This document shows positions 18,338 to 29,815 of a DNA stretch of 64,000 nt, piece after piece. The number at the start of each line of letters is the position of its first letter. Position 1 is the stretch's first letter. The DNA is from Thermodesulfovibrionales bacterium. GTDB taxonomy: Bacteria > Nitrospirota > Thermodesulfovibrionia > Thermodesulfovibrionales > SM23-35. Location: positions 1 through 64,000 of the forward strand of contig CAVQRT010000025.1 in assembly GCA_963715195.1 (NCBI GenBank), written 5' to 3'. The translations under genes were made by a program, and so were the position numbers. The notes under the pieces were generated by a model. That model was not told the DNA's origin, searched no databases, and saw only the letters and a program-made list of their open reading frames with translations.

Positions 18338-21044
18338 CTATGCAGAAACATTATTGATAACTCTCTGAAGGTCGCTATTTATTTTACTGGCAAGAGAACG
18401 GACATAAGGCTTGAGGATAATATTATTATGGTGCCCTGGAATAGTATGGATTTCTAGATTTTCTGCAACACCTTTCCATCCCTTGTCAAATTGTAAGCGG
18501 AGAAGACCCTGAGCCTTTGCCCTGTAAAGAATGAGTCGACCATCGTAGGCATGCGGATTATAAGTGCGCATCCATTCAATAACTTGCAGTATGTAATCCT
18601 TATGTTTATGCTCATGAACTTGGGTATCGATTCTCTTAGGATATTTCTCTTGTATAATTCGGACTACTTTATTCTTCATAATTTTCCAATAATGTGAGTA
18701 CCAAAAAGGAAGGAAATAATACAGCCAGAATGGAAGATTTCTGAAAAAGTCATAGGTAAATATAGCTTTCCACCAGGAGAATGTTGTTACGCCGAAGGGG
18801 CTGACCGTGTCAATCAGGGCGACAAAGGGAACTGGTAGACGTAAGGAGTACCATCTGTTTTGCAATCTCAAAAGCAATAACTCCACCCGAGGAATACCCA
18901 ATAAGAAAATAAGGCCCATCTGGCACAATTTTTCTTATCTCATCCACATAGTATGAAGCCATTTTTTCTACAGATGAACCGAATACAGATTCGGCACTGT
19001 CAATACCATAGACAGGTTGATCGGTAGCAAGATAGTGCACGAGCTGATTGAATATCACGGCGCTTCCTGCGACATGAGGAATACAAAAAAGCGGTGGACG
19101 TGATCCATCACGCCTTATGGGGAAAACAGGAGAGCCATATTCCGCTTGATATCCCTTTTCAATAATTGCTGCGAGCTGTCTTACAGTCGGAGCCTGGAAG
19201 AGAGATGAGGGAGAGAGTCTTTTTCCGAATTCCTTCTCGATCCAGCAGAAGAGATCTATTGCTGAAATGAATCACCCCCAAATCGAAAAAATTCTTATCT
19301 ATATCACACTGATTTGTCCTGAGCACTTTAACCCAAATTTTTGCTAGCCGCTTTTCGACGTTAGTTAGCGGCTTTTTTTGAACACATATATTGCGTTGAG
19401 GTTCGACTTTTACCAAGCGCCAACAGTGCAGTGCGATCAACTTTACCGTTGGGGGTTAGGGGCATCGGTCTAAGAAAAAAGAATGCCGAGGGGATCATGT
19501 AATCAGGAAGCCATCGTTCCAGATGATCTAATAACTGGCTGTTAGAGAGTTCTCTTGCCACTGTTGGTACTAACATAAGCAACAAGGTGCATTTCTCCGT
19601 TATGGTCAATTCTTGGTCCAAGAACAACGGCATCTTGAACAGGGGGGAATTCACACAATGCAATCTCAATTTCTGCTGGTTCTACTCTGAACCCCCGGAT
19701 CTTAATTTGCGAGTCATTTCTTCCCAGATGTTCAAGAACGCCATCATCACGTATTCGACCGAGATCCCCGGTGCGGTAAATACGTTGCTCTTTTTCCGCG
19801 GGATCCTAAGGAAAACTCGTTCTGTCAGAGTTGTGGATTGGACCAGTATCCGGGACTAAGGTATCTGCTTTTCACCGCAATCTCACCAATCTGGTTAACA
19901 CCTACTTTATTGCCTTCATCATCGAGAAGAAGGATTTCTATCTCAGCGGATGCATATCCAACAGGGACTTTGCTTGCGGTATTTCCGAATCGTGATCGAA
20001 AAAATACTGAGCAAATACCCCTGCCTCAGTACAAGCTAGACTATTCATTAGGATACATTGTCAGGGAACTTTTTTTAAATAGTTCAATATCCTTTAACCT
20101 GATAGCCTCGCCGGCTAAATTAATAAGGCGAAGTTCAGGAAATTCTTTGCCTCCGGCAGATTCCTTGCAAAGTGTCGAAAAAGGGTCGGTATCGAATGGT
20201 AGACCGAAATACGGTGTGCGCCATCCAGTCGGGAAGCGACAACAATCCATCTTGTCTAACATCATAGAGGTGTAGAGAAGCCCCGTTTAGCAAAGCACCG
20301 TAAATATCCATAAGGGCTGCGGCAAATCCAAGAGAAGGCAGGAGTGAAAAACGGTCGGAATGAGTAATGCCAATACTGTTTGTATAATTGCAAATTAACT
20401 GAAGGAGATTACGATGGGTCTGCATAACTCCTTTTGGTTTTCCGGTTGAACCTGAAGTGTAAAGAATGTATGCGAGAGTCTCAGGAGATATACCCGCAGA
20501 TCCGGGTTTTCTTCGGAATATCCTTACATTCTCGTCAATGTTTAGAATAGTGACATTTTCTCTTGATATCCAATCTCTGAGTGAAAAGTTACTGTTATTT
20601 GTTACAATGAATGCGGCCCTCGAATCCTCAAGGATATAGCGAATCCTATCAGGAGGAAGAGTTGATGTGATCGGGACATATGCCTTTGCCTGCCTTTAGG
20701 ACTCCTATCATGGCAGCAAGCGCTGCAGCATCATGACCGAAGATCAACGCAACGTGCTCGTTTTCCGCTTTACATGTCGCAGAAATGGCGTGAGCGATCC
20801 GGTTTGCTTTTTTGTTCAAATCATCATAGGTGATTTGGCAGCCTTTACTATAGATCGCTCCCTTTGAGGAAAATTTTTCTACTTGTCTTTCAAAAAGTTC
20901 AGGGATAGACTTTTCTGTTTCTTCTTTCAAAAAAACCACGGAGCGAACATCGAGATGACATCACTGCGAGCAGGGATTCAGTCATGCAACAGCGGAAGAT
21001 TTCCTCTTCGTTGTAGAAGACCTTCTTCCCCAATGCACTGACAT
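18338..21044 (-). pseudogene. Stand-alone NRPS-like A-T-TE gene with many frameshifts
   Basis: [40 protein letters not shown], carrier NFFDLG and TE GYSSGG motifs spread over different frames. Confidence 0.85.
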
Positions 21045-21045
21045 G

Positions 21046-21906
21046 TTATTTCTTCAGGGCAAGTGAATTGTCAAGGAATGTAAGATCAATATAGTTTTCA
21101 GGATGCTTTTTAAGATATCCCAATTCTTTCATAAGAGAGAGGATAGCATCCATAGCGTTCTGATTCCGTATCGCATCAATTTGTGGTTGATTCACCTGTA
21201 ATGACTCCTCAATAATGGTTTCATTGATTCCGATATATCGCGCAGCAATATGCGCAGAATTTTTTTGATTATCTTTAACATAGGCCGCACCACGCACAAA
21301 TGCAGTAACAACTCCCTGGACAATTCCAGGACTTGATTCCTTTAGGGATACAGTTGTGGTTAAGGAACATCCGGGTGCACCAGCCCAAATATCGCCAGTT
21401 CTTCTTACCACTTTCCCGATTCCCAGAGATTCCATCATGGTGGCGTACGGTTCAACCATAGAGGCTGCATCGGCTCCCCTACCAAAGAGTGATATAATAG
21501 CCCCATCTCCGGAAGGTTGCCTCATGAGTTCGACATTCTCCCAGCCAAGACTCCCGATCAGTCCCATAGCAGTTAAATCCTTGATACCGCCCCGTTGAGG
21601 AATTACAATCCTTCTGACATCCTCAAGGCTTAAATCTTTTCTCACAACAATAGCAGCCTCTTCGTATCCCGAACCACATATGACAACTAATGGAATGTCG
21701 TTTGCCTCAGCAGCTGCAACTCGTGTCCAGGGCATCACGGCAAACTGGCTTTCACCGACAATCATTTTATGAGGAACCATCCATGCAGTTGGTTCAATCG
21801 TCAATGTTGCTTGAATTCCTTCGTCTTTGAAGAATCCCTTTTCAAATGCGACATATGCAGGCATCTGGCAGATGCCTCTCAATAATGAAAAATTTACCTT
21901 ATGCAC
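21046..21906 (-). CDS. NMT1/SsuA/THI5-like substrate-binding protein
   Basis: AYVAFEKGFFKDEG, ADAASMVEPY; no obvious signal peptide. Confidence 0.8.
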   Translation of the reverse strand: MHKVNFSLLRGICQMPAYVAFEKGFFKDEGIQATLTIEPTAWMVPHKMIVGESQFAVMPWTRVAAAEANDIPLVVICGSGYEEAAIVVRKDLSLEDVRRIVIPQRGGIKDLTAMGLIGSLGWENVELMRQPSGDGAIISLFGRGADAASMVEPYATMMESLGIGKVVRRTGDIWAGAPGCSLTTTVSLKESSPGIVQGVVTAFVRGAAYVKDNQKNSAHIAARYIGINETIIEESLQVNQPQIDAIRNQNAMDAILSLMKELGYLKKHPENYIDLTFLDNSLALKK

Positions 21907-22206
21907 TGTTCACGATTCCTTTTTTAATGGGAGTATTTCGAACATTATATTACATTTTTGAATGTTTTTTACGCTGTAGTTTTTTTTTATGATGACTCCA
22001 ATAGTAATCGTCATTTTATCGGTTAATCTTGCATTGATGTTTTTGCGATGTAATAAGCAATCTGAGATAACTTCACGATGTCTAGGATGAAGAAATTAGC
22101 AACATACCTTTTAAGTCTCTGATGCAAGCAAAGTCCTATTTTTAGAATAACTCCATTCCAGCACTTATTTCTTAAAAGTCTTTTTGAATCGGATAGTGAG
22201 CGCATT

Positions 22207-22290
22207 CCTCGCAGCTTGCTGCGGGGTTAGCGAGCGAATATGGAAATAATAACTCCTTGCGATAAGATACCTCGCAGCTCTGCTGCGGGG
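22207..22290. repeat. Twin REP-like palindromes CCTCGCAGC(T/TC)TGCTGCGGGG
   Basis: Copies at 22207-22226 and 22270-22290. Confidence 0.7.
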
Positions 22291-22412
22291 TTCTTCATTA
22301 TAGGGATATCATTCATGGAAATCTTTCATCTTGTGGTAAGATTATTGAGATTACTGGATTATTACGGAATAAGCGTTTCTGAATCATATGAAGAAAAAGG
22401 AGGGTAAATAAT

Positions 22413-22973
22413 ATGGTCACTATCCTTATCATCCTCGGGATTTCTCTGGCTGTTATCATCTTCGGCATAGCGATATACAACAAATTGATCCGGCTCAGGA
22501 ACACGGTGAAGTCATCATGGTCGGACATTGACGTCCATTTGAAGAAGAGATATGATCTTGTACCGAATCTTGTTGAAACCGTAAAAGGGTATGCTTCGCA
22601 TGAAAAGAATGTGTTTGAAAATGTGACAAAGGCAAGATCTATGGCTATGAGCGCAGCCACTCCTGCCGATAAGGCGAAGGCCGAGAATATGCTGACCGGT
22701 ACCCTGAAAAGCCTCTTTGCGCTTGCAGAGGCATATCCCGAGCTGAAGGCAAATGCCAATTTCATGCAGCTCCAGACTCAGATGCAGGCACTTGAAGATA
22801 ACATCGAGAATGCACGGCGCTATTACAATGCGGTTGTCCGTGATTTCAATATTGTGATCGAATCATTCCCGTCAAATATTATTGCATCATCATTTGGATT
22901 CAGGCAGGAGGAATTCTTTGAACTCGAAGCCCCTGAGGTCGAAAGGAAGCCGGTAAAGGTCACTTTCTCCTGA
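22413..22973 (+). CDS. lemA: LemA family protein
   Basis: N-terminal TM; KKRYDLVPNLV and AEAYPELKAN motifs. Confidence 0.95.
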   Translation: MVTILIILGISLAVIIFGIAIYNKLIRLRNTVKSSWSDIDVHLKKRYDLVPNLVETVKGYASHEKNVFENVTKARSMAMSAATPADKAKAENMLTGTLKSLFALAEAYPELKANANFMQLQTQMQALEDNIENARRYYNAVVRDFNIVIESFPSNIIASSFGFRQEEFFELEAPEVERKPVKVTFS

Positions 22974-22993
22974 ACACTATACAAAGATGCATC

Positions 22994-24775
22994 ATGCCGG
23001 ATCAGAATAGGATAAAAATTTCCTTTGACACCCCTTCTCCAAAGAAGGGATTTATAGGTCTTCTATTGAGTATCTGTCTTTTTATTTCTCTCTCCATGAC
23101 GCAAACTTCCTTAGCCCAGGATTTTACGATCACAAAATTCCATACTGATATAACAATCTACAAAGATTCTTCACTGCTTGTTCAGGAGACGCTGCTGGTG
23201 AATTTCCATGATTCGAGGCATGGCATTTTCCGGGAGATCCCGTTCAAATATACCGACGAACGGGGCAATCCCATAAAAACACCATTGCATGTTCAGTCAG
23301 TAACTGATCAAGCAGGAACGCAGAGGAAATTCAGGGTCTCAAAAAGGGGAAACGTCGTCAACATAAGGATCGGGGATCCCAAAAACTATGTCAGTGGATT
23401 TCAGACGTATGTAATTACCTATGAGGTCCAGAATGCCATTCTTTTTTTTGACGATCATGATGAGCTCTACTGGAATGTCACAGGTAATTACTGGTGGGCT
23501 CCCATTCAGATGGCCTCAGCACAGATAACGCTTGCAGGGGAAGAACTGAGTGAGAACCTCTGGGCAGCCTGTTACACAGGAGCTTTCGGTTCCAGAGCAT
23601 CCGAATGCAGCTATGAAGCTTCCCATAATAGTGCCGATTTTTCGACGACAAAAAACCTTTCACCCCGCGAAGGTCTCACGATAGCCTTTGGTTGGGATAA
23701 GGGGCTTGTTTCCCCGCCAACAACCACAAGAAAATTATTATGGATGCTTGAAATGAGAGAAAACTGGATCTTTCTGCTTTTCCTCTTCCCATTGACCCTG
23801 ATGATATACCTTTGGAGGACCAGGGGGAGGGATCCGGGAGTGCGGGAAGCAGTGACTGTTCGGTACGAGCCTCCACAACACAATAACGTCCCCCTGACAG
23901 CCGGTGAAGTTGGAGCCCTGGTTGATGAGAAGCTTGATCCAAGGGATATCACATCTACGATTATCGGCCTTGCCGTGAAAGGCTACATAAGGATTGAGGA
24001 ACAAAAAACAGAAGGCCTGATCTTCGATTCAATGGATTATTACCTTTGGAAGGTGAAAGGGCCTGATGATAATCTGAGCCCTTTTGAGAAACTCCTGATG
24101 GGCAAAATCTTTACCGGTGAATTCCCCGGAAGGATGGTCTCTGACATGAAGAACAAATTTTATGCTGACCTTGAATCCATAAAAAGCACCCTGTACGGAG
24201 AATTGACCACGAAACGGTATTTCCTCGTCAGCCCTGAGAAAGTAAGAAACGTTTACCGTACCGCCGGAATAATCATCGCTGTGGCAAGCGGCATTATTTT
24301 TTCAGCCCTGACATCCTTTCCAAAAGGTATATTTGCCGGCATATTGATGGGTCTTCCTGTACTTGCATTCGGCCGGGTGATGCCCGCTAAAACGAAATCA
24401 GGTGCTGCAGTATATATGGACATTCTTGGATTCCAGGAGTTCATGAACCGCGCAGAAAAAGACCGGATTGAACGGATGAAGGATAAAGACCTTTTTTCCA
24501 AATTCCTGCCCTATGCCATTGCGCTAAACGTAGTGGATAGCTGGGCCGGGGCATTTGAAGGGATTTATCAGGAATCACCCACATGGTATGTTTCACATAC
24601 AGGATTGAGGACATTCAGTCCGTCTAATTTTTCCCGCTCCGTCAATTCGGCAACTTCGGGTCTTGCCTCAGCAATGTTCTCCGCACCGAGGGGCAGCGGT
24701 GTCGGCGGTGGCGGAGGCTTCAGCGGCGGATCTTCAGGGGGTGGTTTCGGTGGCGGAGGTGGTGGGAGCTGGTAG
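22994..24775 (+). CDS. DUF2207 membrane protein
   Basis: DELYWNVTG, LPYAIAL, C-terminal GGGGGGSW; usual lemA neighbour. Confidence 0.9.
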   Translation: MPDQNRIKISFDTPSPKKGFIGLLLSICLFISLSMTQTSLAQDFTITKFHTDITIYKDSSLLVQETLLVNFHDSRHGIFREIPFKYTDERGNPIKTPLHVQSVTDQAGTQRKFRVSKRGNVVNIRIGDPKNYVSGFQTYVITYEVQNAILFFDDHDELYWNVTGNYWWAPIQMASAQITLAGEELSENLWAACYTGAFGSRASECSYEASHNSADFSTTKNLSPREGLTIAFGWDKGLVSPPTTTRKLLWMLEMRENWIFLLFLFPLTLMIYLWRTRGRDPGVREAVTVRYEPPQHNNVPLTAGEVGALVDEKLDPRDITSTIIGLAVKGYIRIEEQKTEGLIFDSMDYYLWKVKGPDDNLSPFEKLLMGKIFTGEFPGRMVSDMKNKFYADLESIKSTLYGELTTKRYFLVSPEKVRNVYRTAGIIIAVASGIIFSALTSFPKGIFAGILMGLPVLAFGRVMPAKTKSGAAVYMDILGFQEFMNRAEKDRIERMKDKDLFSKFLPYAIALNVVDSWAGAFEGIYQESPTWYVSHTGLRTFSPSNFSRSVNSATSGLASAMFSAPRGSGVGGGGGFSGGSSGGGFGGGGGGSW

Positions 24776-24777
24776 GA

Positions 24778-24993
24778 TTACTTGCTTTTGTAAATCTTCT
24801 GCATGATCTCGGGGAACCACGTTTTGAATTCAGGATATACCCTTCCCAGAAACAGTTTGAGCCCTTTTATTTCATTTTGCAGGTCTCTGACTTCTTCAAG
24901 GTGTTTGTTCATTGACTCAATCTGTTCGGTGAGGGTTGCCAGCTCTTTGTCTAACAGTTTTATTTTATCCTGAGGTTTAGTCTCTTTTTTCAA
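24778..24993 (-). CDS. Small coiled-coil hypothetical protein
   Basis: GGAGG RBS before TTG at 24993; 71 aa. Confidence 0.6.
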   Translation of the reverse strand: MKKETKPQDKIKLLDKELATLTEQIESMNKHLEEVRDLQNEIKGLKLFLGRVYPEFKTWFPEIMQKIYKSK

Positions 24994-25109
24994 TTTCGTT
25001 CCTCCAATATCGGTTTTTGAAATCATGAATGCATGTTGGATTATTATATCAGATATATAGTTCTCCAAGATGTCGCTCAAAGAAGGCAGTTCATCTAAAA
25101 ATGCGTGTA

Positions 25110-25263
25110 AAAAGTGCAGATGTTGTGATAAAACGTATTTTACGATACCTTGGTGTGCCTTGAACTAATGGGTTCTTGAATATTCTTGTCCAGAGAGCGA
25201 TGATAGATTTTTCAATCAGATCATCGAGTTACATAAGTATTCGAACAATGTCTGTTCTTTGTT
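25110..25263. mobile_element. MITE-like element, copy 1 (~150 bp)
   Basis: Starts aaaagtgcaga; aligns end to end with the reverse complement of 26804-26955. Confidence 0.65.
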
Positions 25264-25266
25264 ACT

Positions 25267-25620
25267 TCAGGCATATTTTGATGCTGCTCTCTTCTTCCTC
25301 TTCGCTTTCTGTTTCCTTATTTTTTCTCTTTTAATATCTTCGGATGTCATCTGATCTGACAGGCTACCCAATCTCTTCATGAGCTCCCGGCGGGCGAGAA
25401 AGCGGTTGATAGACTGGCTCCTGGTCTCCATGCACTTCACCTCTATGCCTGTAGGGATGTGCCTGAGATAGACACAGGTTGAGGTTTTATTGACATTCTG
25501 CCCTCCGTGGCCGGAGGATCGAATGAACTTTTCCTCGATATCCTGTTCCCGGATACCGAGCGCTTGCATCATCTCACGGAGCCATCTGTTCTTCTCTTCA
25601 CTCACAGCAAAAGCTGGCAT
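25267..25620 (-). CDS. RF-1 domain peptidyl-tRNA hydrolase (ArfB-like)
   Basis: SSGHGGQNVNK, RSQSINR, basic C-terminal tail. Confidence 0.88.
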   Translation of the reverse strand: MPAFAVSEEKNRWLREMMQALGIREQDIEEKFIRSSGHGGQNVNKTSTCVYLRHIPTGIEVKCMETRSQSINRFLARRELMKRLGSLSDQMTSEDIKREKIRKQKAKRKKRAASKYA

Positions 25621-25694
25621 ATGGGCACCTGCTTCTCTGTTGCATCATTACGCTGACCAATATAAATATACTTAAGTCCCGATTGAGTATTATA

Positions 25695-26306
25695 ATGAAA
25701 TCCATGGAGGATATCCTGAAATCTTTGCCGAATACGTTCATCCCGATTTTTGTCGCGATCAATGTATTCATGCTCCTGCCGCTCTTCGTCTCTATCACCA
25801 GGGATTTGACCAGGCCGAAGAGATCAGAGGTTGTGAAGGAATCGATCCTGACGGCGTTTTTAGTGAGCCTTTCTTTTATAGCACTGGGGGAAGTGATTTT
25901 CAGGATTTTGGGAATTACCGGAGACGACTTCAAAACTGCCGGCGGCCTTCTCCTCCTGGTCTTTGCAGTGAGGGATCTTATACATAGCGGAGAGGAGCGG
26001 ATAAAATCCGACTATAAAGTTGGGGTGGTTCCTATCGGGGTGCCTTTGATCGTGGGGCCCGCAGTACTTACAAATATTCTGATCCTTGTAGACCACTATG
26101 GTATCATTCCCACGGTCATCTCACTGCTGCTGAACCTGCTTATTGTCTGGGTTGCCTTAAGCAACGCAGAGAGGATGCTGAATTTCTTCGGCAAGGGCTT
26201 TGTAATTGCCATCGGGAAGGTTATGTTGCTCTTTCTCGCAGCCATAGCGATCATGATGATACGGATCGGGGTCATCAACATCATAAAGAGTAATTTTAAC
26301 GTGTAA
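25695..26306 (+). CDS. MarC family membrane protein
   Basis: GVVPIGVPLIVGPA; about six TM segments. Confidence 0.9.
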   Translation: MKSMEDILKSLPNTFIPIFVAINVFMLLPLFVSITRDLTRPKRSEVVKESILTAFLVSLSFIALGEVIFRILGITGDDFKTAGGLLLLVFAVRDLIHSGEERIKSDYKVGVVPIGVPLIVGPAVLTNILILVDHYGIIPTVISLLLNLLIVWVALSNAERMLNFFGKGFVIAIGKVMLLFLAAIAIMMIRIGVINIIKSNFNV

Positions 26307-26318
26307 AGGAGTTGGGAA

Positions 26319-26801
26319 ATGCTTATCGGAATTCTGTCTGATACTCACGACAACATCCCGCTTGTCAAAAAAGCGATCGGGGTTTTTAACGAAAAAGAAG
26401 TCGGATATGTAATCCATGCAGGTGATTATACCTCCCCCTTTACCCTGAAACTATTCCAGAACTTACAGTGTGAATATACCGGAATATTCGGAAACAACGA
26501 TGGGGATAAGCTCCTCCTTCAGGAGAGAGCCGGGGGAAGGATCCGCAATCAGCCCTATATTTTCACCCTTGAAGACAGAAAGATTGTAGTGATGCACGAG
26601 CATCATGTCGTTGAAGCGCTTGCCGAAAGCGGACACTTCGACCTCGTTATCTACGGGCACACGCATGAGGCTGATGTCCGCAAGGTGAAGAATACGCTTC
26701 TTGTAAATCCCGGTGAGGTGAGTACATATCTCTACGGTAAATCGACTATTGCACTTGTTGATCTCAGAACCCTGGAAGCAGAAATTGTAGAGCTGAATTA
26801 A
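26319..26801 (+). CDS. YfcE-family metallophosphoesterase
   Basis: SDTH, HAGD, GNND, GHTH and NPGE motifs. Confidence 0.92.
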   Translation: MLIGILSDTHDNIPLVKKAIGVFNEKEVGYVIHAGDYTSPFTLKLFQNLQCEYTGIFGNNDGDKLLLQERAGGRIRNQPYIFTLEDRKIVVMHEHHVVEALAESGHFDLVIYGHTHEADVRKVKNTLLVNPGEVSTYLYGKSTIALVDLRTLEAEIVELN

Positions 26802-26803
26802 AC

Positions 26804-26955
26804 AAAAGTGCAGACATTGATCGAATGATTATGTAACTCGATGATCTGATTGAAATATCTATCATCGCTCTCTGGATAAAGACGTTCACTTAACCATCAG
26901 TTCAAGGTACGCTAAGGTATCGAAAAATAATTTTTTTCACGACATCTGCACTTTT
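26804..26955. mobile_element. MITE-like element, copy 2 (inverted)
   Basis: 11-bp terminal inverted repeats aaaagtgcaga / tctgcactttt. Confidence 0.7.
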
Positions 26956-27027
26956 TAAATACTTATTCTGGATTAAGAGAATCGTTACCTGCTCTCTAAA
27001 CCCCTTCCCAGAAGGGGAGGATGAACG

Positions 27028-27951
27028 TTAAACAGTTATCCCGTCGATCCTCTTTAGGCCCGCATCAATAGCCATTTGAACGGCATCTGCATACTCCTGC
27101 TGCTCGATCCGTCTGTTCAGCGGGGGATTTTCGAATGCCTGAAAGCAGGGATGGTACTGGTCCATGATATTCAGGTAGGTATTTTTCGATATTTCCTCTG
27201 CGAGAAATTTTACGACTCCGGCGGTTCCCGCAATCCCCTCCGGCAACACAAGGTGCCGGACGAGCAATCCTCTCATTGCAATGCCTCTCCGATCGGTTAT
27301 CAGATCGCCGACCTGCCTGTGCATTTCTTTGAGAGCAACCTGAGCAGATTCAGGATAATCTTCCGCCTCCGAATATTTCAGAGCCATTGCAGGATCCATA
27401 TATTTGAAGTCCGGCATATAAATATCAACAACACCATCCAGTATTTTGATTGCGTGCAGTGATTCATACCCCCCACAATTGTAGACGATAGGGAGTATGA
27501 GACCCTTTTCTGATGCGATGAGCAGCGACCTCAGGATCAACGGCATCTGATGGGTTGGAGTGACAAAATTTATGTTGTGGCAGCCCTGCTTCTGCAAAGA
27601 GAGCATAATTTCGGACAGTTTCTCGAATGAAATCTCTGTGCCTTCCCCGAGATGGCTGATTGAATAATTCTGGCAGAAGAGGCAGCCTAGGTTACAGCTG
27701 CCCATAAAAATGGTGCCGGAACCAAACCTGCCAACCAGGGGCTTCTCTTCACCAAAATGAGGACCGAAGCTTGAGATAAAAGGCTTGTCGCCCGTCCGGC
27801 AAAAACCCCTCTGATCCGTCGTCCTGTCAACCCTGCATTGCCTCGGACATAGGGTGCATTCTTTCAAAATCTCCCCAGCTTCCCTGACTTTGTCAGAGAG
27901 CACGTTCGGAGGAAGCTGAAGATATGCCGGTGTGAAGCTGCGATTGGTCAT
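27028..27951 (-). CDS. PflX-like radical SAM protein
   Basis: CTLCPRQC plus CNLGCLFCQN; DIYMPDFKY. Confidence 0.9.
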   Translation of the reverse strand: MTNRSFTPAYLQLPPNVLSDKVREAGEILKECTLCPRQCRVDRTTDQRGFCRTGDKPFISSFGPHFGEEKPLVGRFGSGTIFMGSCNLGCLFCQNYSISHLGEGTEISFEKLSEIMLSLQKQGCHNINFVTPTHQMPLILRSLLIASEKGLILPIVYNCGGYESLHAIKILDGVVDIYMPDFKYMDPAMALKYSEAEDYPESAQVALKEMHRQVGDLITDRRGIAMRGLLVRHLVLPEGIAGTAGVVKFLAEEISKNTYLNIMDQYHPCFQAFENPPLNRRIEQQEYADAVQMAIDAGLKRIDGITV

Positions 27952-27987
27952 ATTCTCAGTTTACCGTGATGACCAATATGCCGAAGG

Positions 27988-29652
27988 TCAGACCGTCTCT
28001 GATTTCATCACTGCACCGCTTCCAGCAGAACTGACCATCTTCGCGTATCGTGACAGGTAGCCTTTGGTTATTTTCGGTTTAATCGGCTTCCATCCCCTGA
28101 ATCTCTCCCGAATTTCTCTATCAGACAAGAGGACATCTATCTTTCTCTTTGGGATGTTGATCCGGATCCTGTCGCCGTTCCGGATGATGGCTATGGCACC
28201 GCCTTCCATTGCCTCGGGCGATATGTGTCCGATGCATGGACCCCTCGTACCACCTGAAAAACGGCCGTCTGTAATGAGTGCGACTGATTCGCTCAATCCC
28301 ATGCCCGCAATGGCAGCTGTCGGGGAGAGCATTTCCCGCATGCCGGGGCCTCCCTTCGGCCCCTCATACCTGATAACAACCACATCACCCGGCTTGATCT
28401 TTCCATCCAGGATAGCCTTCATGCCATCCTCCTCTGAATTGTATACCTTTGCAGTGCCTTCAAAGTCCATCACACCCTGACTGACGGCAGACTGTTTCAC
28501 GACAGCGCCATCAGGTGCGAGATTGCCCCTGAGTATGGCGATGCCACCCTCCTTATGATATGGCCTGTTTATTGGTCTGATGACTTTTTCGTCTGCTACC
28601 AGTGCTGCATCAACAATATCGAATATCTTTTTGCCGCTCACCGTGACCGTATTATTCAGGTTTTTCCTCAGCCGTTTCATAACAGCCGGTATCCCACCAG
28701 CCCAGTCGAGGTCTTCAAGAAAGTGCTCCCCGCCCGGCAGCATATTGGCAAGGTGCGGTGTTTTCCTGCCCAGGATGTCGAAGGTTTCAAGTGGTAATTC
28801 GACCCCGGCCTCATAAGCGATTGCAGGGATGTGAAGAGCAGTATTTGTCGATCCACCCAGTGCCAGGTCGACCATGATTGCATTTTCGAATGCACTTTTC
28901 GTCAGAAACTTTCTCGCCGTCATATTTTTATTCACCAGATCAATGATACGCCTGCCGCTTTCAAATGCCATTCTTCTCTTGTCGGCTGAAATGGCCAGTG
29001 CTGTTGCACTTCCCGGTAGGCTCATGCCGAGTGCTTCAGTAACACATGCCATGGTATTGGCAGTATACATGCCCTGACAGGAACCGGGTCCGGGGCAGGC
29101 ACACATCTCGAGTGTGTCAAGTTCTTCCTTCCGTATTAATCCTTTTTTGAATTTCCCGACAGCTTCAAAGGTGTCATTCACGAGAGACAGTCTTCTGCCT
29201 TTCAGCCGGCCGGAGATCATGGGGCCCGCAGTGACAACAATAGTTGGTACGTCAATCCGTGCGGCAGCCATGAGCATCCCCGGGGTAATCTTGTCACAAT
29301 TGGTCAGGAGCACAAGCCCGTCAAGGCGATGCGCCTCGGTGATTGTCTCGACCATATCTGCTATCAATTCCCTGGAAGGAAGAGAATAGTGCATCCCTGA
29401 ATGCCCCATAGCGATACCGTCGCAAATCCCGGGGATCCCAAAAATAAACGGATATCCTCCTGCGCTGTGAATGCCCTTTTCGATGAATCTTTCCAGATCT
29501 CTCATGCCAACATGGCCCGGAATGATGTCGGTGAAACTTGATGCGAGCCCGATGAACGGTTTTTTCATTTCACTTCTTGAAATACCGGTTGCATAGAGAA
29601 GAGCCCTGTGCGGAACCCGCTCAAGACCTTCTTTGATTGTACTGCTTCTCAT
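27988..29652 (-). CDS. ilvD: Dihydroxy-acid dehydratase
   Basis: [24 protein letters not shown] and TDGRFSG motifs; GGAGG RBS before ATG 29652. Confidence 0.97.
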   Translation of the reverse strand: MRSSTIKEGLERVPHRALLYATGISRSEMKKPFIGLASSFTDIIPGHVGMRDLERFIEKGIHSAGGYPFIFGIPGICDGIAMGHSGMHYSLPSRELIADMVETITEAHRLDGLVLLTNCDKITPGMLMAAARIDVPTIVVTAGPMISGRLKGRRLSLVNDTFEAVGKFKKGLIRKEELDTLEMCACPGPGSCQGMYTANTMACVTEALGMSLPGSATALAISADKRRMAFESGRRIIDLVNKNMTARKFLTKSAFENAIMVDLALGGSTNTALHIPAIAYEAGVELPLETFDILGRKTPHLANMLPGGEHFLEDLDWAGGIPAVMKRLRKNLNNTVTVSGKKIFDIVDAALVADEKVIRPINRPYHKEGGIAILRGNLAPDGAVVKQSAVSQGVMDFEGTAKVYNSEEDGMKAILDGKIKPGDVVVIRYEGPKGGPGMREMLSPTAAIAGMGLSESVALITDGRFSGGTRGPCIGHISPEAMEGGAIAIIRNGDRIRINIPKRKIDVLLSDREIRERFRGWKPIKPKITKGYLSRYAKMVSSAGSGAVMKSETV

Positions 29653-29734
29653 AAGTACCTCCGTCCAAGAAAAATGTAGAAGTTGTCTGAAAATTCTCTT
29701 TCTGCGCTTCTTCAAGAAAGCAACGGCAAAGGTC

Positions 29735-29798
29735 TAAAAGAAAACCTGGGAAATATGAAAAGAGAAAAGCCATTTCATATTTCCCAGGTTTTCTTTTA
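29735..29798. terminator. 26-bp perfect inverted repeat, terminator-like
   Basis: taaaagaaaacctgggaaatatgaaa / tttcatatttcccaggttttctttta with 12-nt loop. Confidence 0.6.
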
Positions 29799-29815
29799 AT
29801 TTTTTGTATCTGGTT

